Shown in pieces: positions 1 through 9,989 of a stretch of DNA of 64,000 bases. Below the pieces are notes generated by a model. That model saw only the letters and a program-made list of their open reading frames with translations. It searched no databases and was not told the origin of the DNA. Source of the stretch: Dimorphilus gyrociliatus (taxonomy: Eukaryota > Animalia > Annelida); the NCBI GenBank assembly GCA_904063045.1, contig CAJFCJ010000008.1:682001-746000 (forward strand), written 5' to 3'. The translations under genes were made by a program, and so were the position numbers. Numbering within the stretch: the stretch's first letter is position 1; every line of letters starts with the position of its first letter.

Positions 1-220
1 GAAAATCTCTTCTGTTTCGTCTATAGGCTGAGAAGGAAATGTTTTTTTATCATTTGGAAAAATTTTCTTTACTATTTTCTTTGAAATGATTAATACTTAC
101 GCCAAAACTGGCCAGACTTTCTTCAAGATGAGTTTCTGAAGCCACACTGTTTTCATCAAAGGTATCAAGAATTTTTTTTACTGAAGCGATTAAATCTTTA
201 TACGCCTGAGCCATGATCAT
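1..220 (-). CDS. CFAP99: 5' end of a CFAP99-like ciliary protein (exons 220/214-101 and 27-<1; gene continues off the left edge)
   Basis: Spliced translation M(IM)AQAYKDLIASVKKILDTFDENSVASETHLEESLASFG|PIDETEEIF resembles my recollection of the CFAP99 N-terminus (MAYYGKCIETVIEQLDKF...). GTAAGT donor at 100, CAG acceptor at 28-30, and an X-box upstream. Confidence 0.6.
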
Positions 221-357
221 TAATTTTCTTTATAAAAAACTTAAAATTTCTTTTCTAGACAAACTCTTGGCGGCAAAAGAATTTACTTAATTGTTTATAT
301 ATATTAGTTACTGTTCTTATACAAGCAAAATATCCACCATTTTATATGTTATTGGAG

Positions 358-371
358 GTTGCTATGGTGAC
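358..371 (-). promoter_or_regulatory. RFX X-box (GTCACCATAGCAAC on - strand)
   Basis: Exact match to the GTHNYY-AT-RRNAAC X-box consensus, about 140 bp upstream of the CFAP99-like start. Confidence 0.7.
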
Positions 372-902
372 GTGAGAAGTTTTCGTAAATATATGACATA
401 GTTCGTAAATTCTAATAGAATAAAAATATAAAATAAATTCTTCAATATGGAAAGAAAAGAAAATATTTTTATATGTTTACGAACAAGCCGCCTTCCTAGA
501 AATGCTCGTTCGGACTTCTTCGGCAATCTTCGGGACGTCGTTCTAGGATTGGATGCTACTGTGAGTTTTTTTTGTCTTTTGGAGAAGCTATTAAGTGGAG
601 AGTTAAAAAGCATTAAAGAAGCATTGGAAATCGAAATTGAAGATATATTAATTTGCAAAGTTATATTTGGTAAGTAAAGTATATTAAGTTGAATCTTATT
701 TTGTTTGCAATTAGATTGCAAACAGCTAATGGGACTCGGTTTGTAGCGTTGCTCTTTTTTTCTAGTCGTATAGGACTATTCTTAAAATTTTACGATAATA
801 TTATGAGAAAGAAACATATTGTTGTCGAAGGTTAAAAAAATTGTAACATTAGACAAACAATATTTATTTTATTTATAAAAAGGAGAGTATGTTTTCTTCG
901 GA

Positions 903-912
903 CGCCATGTTG
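903..912 (+). promoter_or_regulatory. YY1-like motif (CGCCATGTTG) in the NDRG promoter/5' region
   Basis: Matches the CGCCATNTT consensus in a GC-richer patch about 120 bp before the NDRG ATG. Confidence 0.4.
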
Positions 913-1025
913 CGGCCCTTCCATTGTCAAGGTTACGACGCCCCTGAACGCTATTCGACTGTGTATTGTTTGTGCAGTTTGTCAATAAAGCTTTAAAAAA
1001 TTTCAGATTTTCTAAGGCCTACAAT

Positions 1026-3164
1026 ATGGAGCAGAAGACTATAAAGTGTGGTGATGTTGGTGAGATCAATGTTTACGTACAGGTATACTTTCTTTTATCA
1101 TGCTTATTATGACTTAAAAGGGAAAAGGGTGAAATAATTAGCAAATCATTCAAAACGTAATTTATCGATTTTTTTTTAAAGAAAAAATTATAAATAGGCG
1201 TACGAGTCCAATATTGAGTGCAAAATTCGATCTCTTCCTTGATTATAATATAAATGCTAATGACTTCTATTGAAAAAAGAGGGAAGTAGTTTATTTGTTA
1301 AATTATTCAGTGCGTATATATTACATAAAGAGAAAGAGAAAAAAAATGATTTATAGGGTTTGTAAACCTTCGATTTATTCGCTATGTCTCTTTACATATT
1401 GACAAAATAATAAGCTAACTTGGAAAGGTTGGTCTATTTATATTGAAACAAATACGAGCACGCTAACGATGAAAGGTCACGCAAACGCGCAAGATTAGTA
1501 GGGTCCTTAAATTTAATAAAGAGAAACATTATGAATAGTTTTATCATTCTCTTTTCTCTCTCTCTCTCTCTCTCTCTGTCTTTCCATACTTCAAAAAATC
1601 TGATAGATGAAACATATTCCCTCCTTGTTGTGGGAAGGTAAAGAAAGCCCTTTAAGATATATTTTATATTATTACTATAATCTTACAATCTATTGAATAA
1701 TAATTCTTACGACCTAATTACGTTTCTTTGACTAGTGTAACTACTTCTAAGTATTCCATAGGCCTAAATGGGAAAATAAAGAACACGGATATATTTCTAA
1801 TATATATTTTTTTATAAACGAATTCCTATTGAAAAATAACAGGGAAATAGGTCGAGCAATGAAAAGGTCATCTTTACCGTGCACGACCTTGGCTGCAATT
1901 ATTTACAATACGACGATTTTATCAATCATGAGAGAATGCAGCCGATCAGGGACAGAACTGTATGGGTTCATGTTGCTGTACCCGGACAGGAAACGGACGC
2001 GTCGGATTTACCATCGACGTAATAGAATCTAAAAATGGCTTTATTATTATTACTATTGTTATGACGCTTTAATGAATTTCTATATGACATACTTTTCCTT
2101 TTAGATATTCTTTCCCGACAATGCAAAAACTCGGAGAAAGTCTGATTCATATTCTTGATGAGTTAAAGTAAGCATAATCGTTTAATAGACGAAAAAAAAT
2201 GAAAATATATCGTTCCTATATAAATATAGAATTAAAGAAGTACTCTGCTTTGGTGAGGGAGCGGGAGCAAATATCCTTGCGAGATTTGCGGTAAATATAA
2301 AATATAATCTTGAGATAATGAAAAAATTCAATGGGACTATGACTAATGAATATTTTTATTAATCTATCAGTGTAAACATTCGGATAGAGTGATGGGAGTT
2401 GTACTGCTTCACTGTACAGGCACTACGGCAGGTTTAATGGAATCACTTAAAGATAAAGTTTGTTTTTCAAAGAATTAGTCGACATATCAACTTACAAGTA
2501 CTTGCTTATAGGTTATAAATTGGAAACTGGAACATATTGGAATGAATCCAACTGCTGAGCAATATTTGGTACTTCATCGTTTCGGTTCGGTAAGTCTAAT
2601 TATCACTCTTAAGCTCTCTTTCGCGAGTACAATTTACGCAACGACAGCATCTTTAAATTGCGTCTTTTTTTCTCTCCTTTTTTTCTTATTAGCAGAGCAG
2701 TTCAAAGGTAATTCAAGTGTAATTCCTAACTTGAGGAATTGACGAATCCCTGTCGTGCACATACTTCATTAGATTATATCGTATTTTTTTCAGAGTTTCG
2801 TAAAGTAATATTCTCCACTATATCAATATTACAGTTTATGTTATAAAATACTGTACATCTATATATCAGTATACTTAATAAGATATTTCTTGAATAATTT
2901 ATACAAAATATATATATATATATATAAATTATATGTATATATATAGATGTATTTCAATACAGGCCTAATTCATAGTTTAACTAAGCATCTTAGAATTATT
3001 TATTAATACATTGCTTCGTGTACGTATTGGAGTCGTCAGTTACGAGACATTAACAATTAAATTTGTTAAAATTAGAACTAACCTAATTATTGTTAGTTTT
3101 TTTTTGTTTCTTTTCACTCATCTAATAACAACGACACATTTGCACTATTATTATCCTTCTTTTT

Positions 3165-3203
<39 letters not shown>

Positions 3204-6200
3204 CTTTCGCGCCTTACCACTAGCTTTCTCTCTTTATCTCATTTACCCTTAATTCTGTCTATATTTTACTCTCTTATTATTTAGCTACAAACAAAATTAA
3301 CCTTTTTTTTTAATTACAATTAACGTAATTATAATTAGAATATTATATAGAGCACGAATCACTCGAACGTTATAATTGAGAAAGAACACCTTTGATTTAC
3401 TTCCTCAATGATTTTCTTTTAGTACTAATGATTGATGTGTAGAATTTAAGAAAAGTATTCACGCTCCCCCCCCCTTCTTTCCCTTCCCCTCCCCTCTCTC
3501 TCTCCCACGACGTATAAATTATATTATAACGTATATAAATGTATATAGTATTAAATATATAGAAGCACATTTACATATTACTACTTAATTCTTCATTCTT
3601 GCGCACCAAAAATATTAATGTAACTTTTTTTTTGTTTTTTTAAAAAAAAAAAAACAATAAACAAACCCTTGACAAACTCCAATATTTGATTTATTTTTCC
3701 TCTTATCAATTCCTATCAATCCTACCAAAAAAAAACACAAACTTTTTTTTTTTTTTACTTGTAGTTGATATAGAAAATATTATTCTTATTATCGCGTTTT
3801 CATGTTTTCTTTTGTCCTTTTTTTCTGTATAGTTTAACACAGCGGAAAATGCGGAGCAATTGAAACAAGTTATTGCTAACTTTCAAGAAGAACTTCGGCA
3901 ACACGTAAATCCGAAGAATTTGAAGAAATTTGTTGAAGCTTTTCTAAAGTAGGAATTTTTGTTATTCTAATTAAAATTCTCATTAGATAGTTGACGTACA
4001 AATACATTAAAAAATATTCTAAAAATAACCTATAATTAATAGGAGAACAAGTATCGCCGACAAAATCACTCATTTAAAGTAAGCTTCTTTATCTATTTTC
4101 GTATATAAATTATCTTATGAACTTTTTAAACTATGATTTATATTTTACAGATGCCCTATGCTGTTGGTAACCGGCCAAAAATCCGTGTTTAGCGGAACGA
4201 CAAACTCTCTTGCCCAAACCGTTTCTAGACACGCTTCAGTAAAGGACCTGGTGAATTTTATCGAGGTTAAGAGGGTTGCCAACGTTTTGGAAGAAGCGCC
4301 AGAAAAGATGGCTGAGAGCTTTCAGTATTTCATCCAAGGTTTGGGGTGGGGTGAGTATTTTTTATTTATTAACTTATCAGCAAAACGTTCCTTACATAAA
4401 AAAAAAAAAAAAAAACGAAGATTTTTTCCTTCCTCTTTTTTTTTATATTTATTTTTAAGTAATCAACCGCAAAATAGCAAATAGGCTTATAGTTCTCTTT
4501 TTTTTCTTTTAAAAAAATAATATATATATATATACTGTATATATATATATATATATATATATAAATTTATAGAGCGCCGTTTACTGTTTGTAGATATCTA
4601 TCCATTTAAATAGGATATTTTTTTATAATTCCATTCGTTTTTTTCATACTTGTTGAGTACTATGCTAATATTTCTGTAGACCAATTAATTTGTCTGTAGG
4701 CAGACACAATAAATTGTGTTTGCAATGCTTCTCTTCACGTTGCCGCATGTTTACTGTATTTGTTATATATTGTGAACGATTTTTCTTACATTTTTTGCAT
4801 GTTGAAACAACAATCTGATCTATTTCGTTTCTTTTTGTTTAACGTCGATTGTTCCTGGCTTTTTCGAAATTTTTTTCTTTCTGTTGCATCCGCTACGTAT
4901 ACGCCACCTAGAGGATGTTGTATTTAAATTTTTTTGTCCTTTTTTTCTTCCTTTTTTTATATTTATAGAATATCTTTGATGGAGAGATAGACTGATAAAT
5001 AGATAGATGGATAGATTGATAGACGTAGTCAGAAAAAAGAAGAATGATAAAGTGAATTAGGGAAGGGTAAAAGAGATATAGAAAAGGGCGAGTGTGGGAA
5101 AGGGAAACTAAAAAACTAGATGGGTCGACATATCTATAGATAGATAAATAGATAGATGAATAGATATATTGAAAGAGCATAGAGAGGAGGAGGAGAAGAA
5201 GAAGGAGAGAGAGAAGGTGAGATAAGATACAAAATTACTAATTAGTAAAGAAAAAAACAAATATTTTGACAAAATTATAGATTTTTTTTTAAAAAAAAAA
5301 AAGAAGAAAAAATTTGATGTAGCTTGTTAGTTTTTTCTTACGTTTTCTGCCAACCTGAATATTATTAATTAGCTATTTTTATATATATTTATATTTATCT
5401 ATATATATATAAAAAATAGATGAAAAAAAAAACAAAGCAAAAAAAAAAAAATGCCTGATATACAGCTTCAGGAATACCGATGGTTCATGTGGAACGACCA
5501 CCAAAGAGCAGACTACGATCAATGTCAATGGAAGTCTACGATCAGCCGAAACTGAGATTGCGCTCGATGTCAGGAGGGGAGAACGATATTAGTCAAATGT
5601 AAAATTTCATTACGCCGTCAACAAGCGTTTGTTCGTTTTCGTTCTTTTCTCTTTTTCTGTACAAAAAAAAAAGGAAAAAAAAAAAAAAGAAAAAAAAAAA
5701 TAGGTCGTTCTACCTGTTTATAACACGCTTATATATATTTTTATATGTAAAACTACAAGTTTAGTTTTATTACTTGTAATGTTAGTATATATGTATATAT
5801 TATATAAATTATGATATTACTAAGATGATACATTAAATAATTTATACTGTATATACATACATATATACATATTTATATTTATAAACAAATTATTTACAGT
5901 ACAACAATTAGTGTACGTAGTAGTGTACAAACGCTATTGTATTCGTTAAACAGAAAAGTTTTTATTGACTTTAAAAAAAAAACCTAACCTCGTAAAGGAA
6001 AAAAAAAAGAAACATTGCATTTTTTTTTTTTTTAAAAAAAAAGGAGTGGGGGGAGTGACAGAGAGAGGGAGAGGGATAGTGGGAAAGAGAGATTTTTCAT
6101 ACGTTACGAATGCATAAAAAAACAGCTTCTGGCGTTCCAATGCCGTCAAATCCACCGATAACTAGAAATCGTTCGATGAGCATGGAGGAATATGATCTAC

Positions 6201-6262
6201 CGTTGCGCATGCGTTCTACTTCTGGAGGAGGATCTTCATGCGGATCACCAACTTGCGTTTAA
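1026..6262 (+). CDS. NDRG: NDRG family protein (alpha/beta-hydrolase fold, non-catalytic). Exons 1026-1082, 1843-2018, 2105-2167, 2230-2290, 2371-2457, 2512-2589, 3833-3948, 4043-4078, 4151-4350, then last exon 5466-5602 or 6126-6262
   Basis: Phase-consistent splicing gives IFTVHDLGCN, VHVAVPGQE, FPTMQKLGE, FGEGAGANILARFA, LKCPMLLVTG, PEKMAESFQYFIQGLG and an RxRSxS phospho-tail, all hallmark NDRG motifs. Confidence 0.92.
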
Positions 6263-6520
6263 TCTGTCTATCGATATCAGTTTTGTTTGTTTGTTTGTTT
6301 TTTTGTATTTTAGTTAAATTTTTTTTATAGAAACTCTGATGAATTCTTTAAAAAAGTCTTTTGTTTTTTCTTTCTTTATTTCTTACTACGTTTGTTTAAA
6401 ATTATTGTTAGATGTTGTGTTTATTAAAGTTTAGACACAAAATAGTTTATAGTAGTGCAAAAAACAGGTTGTGGTGTGTAAAAAAAAGAAAGAAAATCTC
6501 AAATATTTTCTTTTAAATAC

Positions 6521-6580
<60 letters not shown>

Positions 6581-6604
6581 TAATATATGTATTAGTATAT
6601 ATAT
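6521..6604. repeat. (AT)n microsatellite ending in a 15-bp-arm inverted repeat
   Basis: About 58 bp of near-pure AT, then ATATATATACTAATA-tatg-TATTAGTATATATAT (6571-6604). Confidence 0.9.
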
Positions 6605-6891
6605 TTATATAGTTTTAATTCGCATTTGGTACTTTTAACGTAGGTGAAACATGCATAAACGTGATGAATATTAACAGTATATTATTCTATGCGTTTTTTC
6701 TTGCTTTTCTCTAAATACAACATAACATAGATAAATAGACAAGTAACCCCATCTGAGTAGGCCAACAACATATGCTAATGGTTTTACATGTTTGTAGCAG
6801 AATTTAATTTATGACATGGCCAATCAGATGATGATGATGCAAAGTTGAAAATTAAACTGATGTTTTAGGCTTTAGATAGTGATTTCTGTTT

Positions 6892-9729
6892 TCATTTTTT
6901 TCTTATGCATTGAATGATTTCTTCTGTTAAAGGCTTCATTCCTGGTGTATCGATAGCGCTGCACACGTGAAATTTAACCTTTTTCTCACTTGTGATACGT
7001 TTTTCGAACTCCTTCTTTATGTATTCAATTACGTCGGCTTCTTCATTCCTACCTATTTTGATGGAGTAGAAAGGCTATCGTCATTTAATACGCTAACGAA
7101 TTAATGCTAATACGTGAATGGCATCGGTAAATTTAGTAAATGTTGGTTAGCATATACGTCCAAAAGAGGCTACTCTTTGGTTTCATGCATATTTTCTTAC
7201 TCGCCTACCTTTGTAATTCTCAATTATTGATGAAAATGGAACATCTGCTAGACGTTTTCCTAGTAGATCCTTCTTATTGAGTAGAAGAATGAAATTGGTA
7301 TTCTTTAGGAATTGATTTGTTATTACAGAGCCAAAAGCCGAAAGGGAATCGTGAAGGGAATTTAACGAACTATCTTCATAGGTTCCTTCGCTGTATGACG
7401 TCAATGAAGTTATAAAAACGATTGCGGTGACGCCTTCAAACAGGCTGATCCATTTATGACGTTGCGACCTCTGACCTGGGTAATTTATTAGTCAATTAAT
7501 TCGTTCTCCAGTAAATTCTTTTACATTAACACTTACCAGCAACGTCGATTACTTTGTAAACATTTCCTTCTGATGTGAACATGTGCTCCTGAACGCTTGC
7601 CGTAGGTTTCCGTATAAATAGTATGTCCTCAATATCCGGAATGTAATTGGTCGATAATATTCTTTCCAGTTTGGATAAGAAACTGCAAAATTTTTCTCAA
7701 GGTTACAATTTTTAATACATACGCATCTTATTAACTACTCAATCCTACGCTAATTCGAAACAGAAAGTACACGCTATTTAAGGTCTCAAGTCTATTTTAG
7801 TACTCAAACATCTACACTTTCTGTGTGCAGTAGACGTCTTAAAAATAGAAAAAGATAATGTGAAGGAAAAGGAGTATGAAAATCAGACCTATATTATTAT
7901 TATGCTTTCCTATCACGTGATTTATCTTCTTAGGATGATTGCTGGGCATGACATGATACGTACCTGCCAGTAACGTCAGTCACGAAATTTAACTTAATGT
8001 GCCTGCGGCGTTTATTTATTTTCAGCCGTCTTCTTATAAAAATAATTCAAAGAGAAAGTTGACCGCCAAGCTAACTGCACTTTGAATATTTTACTCTGAT
8101 CTTTATTAGGCCTTTCTCTCGCTCTCTCTCGCTCTCTCTCTCTTTCTCATTTACTCAGTCATTCGTACATATGCACACATATACACAGACACAGACACAG
8201 ACACACACACACACACACACTCTGTCTGCTCTCTCTCTCTTTCTTCTCTCTTTCTCTCTCTCTCTCTCTCACCTTTACACTTTTCCCACCTCTCTTTTTC
8301 TCACTTACTCTTTTGGCTCCCTGACTCTTTCCCTTTCATTCTCCCTCTTTCGCTCTTTTTTAATTTACTCACTGATCCGCGAAAGTTTTTCGTAGACCAA
8401 ACTTTTTTATATTCTCTTGCCAGATGGTTTGAACGCTCTTATCCCGCCACATGCTTAAAACATCTGCAGCTAAAGATGAAAGTTTCGAATAGTTGACATT
8501 TTTTTTTGAGTGATCTTCTTCTTGACTAGAAGAGCCCTTCCGTCCGATGTTGGATCGGGGAAATTTCTCAACGAATAGGCTGTACGTTTTCTGCTCGTTA
8601 AAAACAGTGTTAGACGTTCCCAGCGGGGCACTAATATAAGTATTCGTACAGCGTTACTTCCGTCCTCCCATTCAGTTACCTGCTCCAGTATAGGGTAGAG
8701 AGCTTCAACCAGGTTCTCATAAACGTAAATAGTCCACGTTTTTCTTTCAGATTCAGGGAATTTATCCCCATGCCGTAATCGTAATTGTTTAATAAAGGTG
8801 CTTTTGCCACTTCCAGCGCCACCTAAGTGGAATAAGAAATAGTTAATGGGAGTATTTATCGAATAGCCAAATCCCTCATCTATGGTCAAAGTCCTGTTTT
8901 ATCAATGAGTCAGATGGAAGGGATGGAATATACGTCATTGCTAGGATATTTGATCCAACTATTATTAAGGTTTCCAAAGAGTCCAAGGTATGTAAGATGA
9001 TTATTCAGAATAAGAAAAAGAGTTTTTATTAGTTTTATATATAGCCAAATAAAAGCTTATCTAATTACGTCCGCCATGACCCTGATATATATACATATTG
9101 TGCTTTTCATTGTAGTATAAATTATAACGTTTTCTTGTTTTCCTTTTTACAGGAAAAGAGTAAACAAACCTTTTTACAAAAGGGAAAAGAATAAAAAAAA
9201 AACAGGGGAAAAAATGACTTAGAACCCGTTTTCTAAATCAAAGTATGCAATTTTGACATTTACTAGGCAAATCACTTGACCAAAGAGTTTCTCTTTTTCT
9301 CCACGTTTCAACTTTCCACCCCTTTTTGCAGAATATTTCTCAACGAAAGCGGAGAGAAAAAAAGAACAATAAATGTTTTGTAAGTTTTGACTGTTTCCTT
9401 TGAGAAAAAATTGTAGGTGGGCGGGCAAGTGAGAGGTTGAGGAGAGGAGGGGGCAGGGGGGATAGAGGGGGAGAGGGCGATGTGAAACTAAGGGGGAGAA
9501 AAGTTACTTTCATAATAAATTTACAACAATAAATTACTGACCATTTATATTAAAAAGATATTGACTCTTTAAGGAAACCTTTTAAAAGTTGAAGCGTTAG
9601 ACAGCCGTCAAAAATAAATAAGTTATAGTGGAAATATGTGCTCAATATATAAATATAAATATGTAAATAATCCACTCTAAACTGCAATACTGCAATATTT
9701 ATAAAAATATTTTTAGGTCTAGTATAAAT

Positions 9730-9776
<47 letters not shown>

Positions 9777-9989
9777 TATAATTTATATTTATATTTATAT
9801 ATGCACCTTGACTCCTAGGCAAGCTTTGCGCCCTATATATTTTCTATTTACTCTCTACCGTATATACTATTAACCTAAAATTAGAAGTTGCAAATCATCG
9901 TGCTGTTTTTCTCTTCCTTCTTCCAATTGTTGATCAATACTTCTGCTTTTAGTCTGAGCCGATTTGTTTAGTTTCGGTCCACCCGGCAT
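6892..9989 (-). CDS. Divergent heterotrimeric G-protein alpha subunit, about 359 aa. Exons 9989-9875, 8822-8650, 8590-8373, 7682-7537, 7475-7209, 7052-6892
   Basis: KSRSIDQQLEE...LQLLILG|GAGSGKSTFIKQ, NYIPDIEDILFIRKPT, DVAG|QRSQRHKW, LLNKKDL, HVCSAIDT. Phases are all consistent (1080 nt) and several introns sit at typical G-alpha positions. Confidence 0.9.
8101..8360. repeat. Compound (CT)n/(CAGA)n/(CA)n microsatellite block in a G-alpha intron
   Basis: Direct reading of the sequence. Confidence 0.85.

Noticed and set aside
874-908. Strong-context minus-strand ATG (AACATGGCG) suggesting a gene start
   Set aside because: It closes after 11 codons with no donor, and is better explained as a YY1-type motif.
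6852-6891. G-alpha ending in a PDZ ligand (...KPKTSV*)
   Set aside because: A careful codon count shows this is a different frame. The in-phase stop is TGA at 6894-6892. It would apply only if the A-homopolymer length is mis-assembled.
8915-8987. Plus-strand CAG...AAG|GTATGT exon-like segment antisense in G-alpha intron 1
   Set aside because: There is no partner exon, no credible start and no recognisable product, so it is probably chance.
3011-9822. ORFs such as 3011-3223, 4908-5180, 8171-8395 and 9550-9822
   Set aside because: They are translations of microsatellites and low-complexity DNA (SLSLSL, THTHT, IYIYIY), often with TTG starts.
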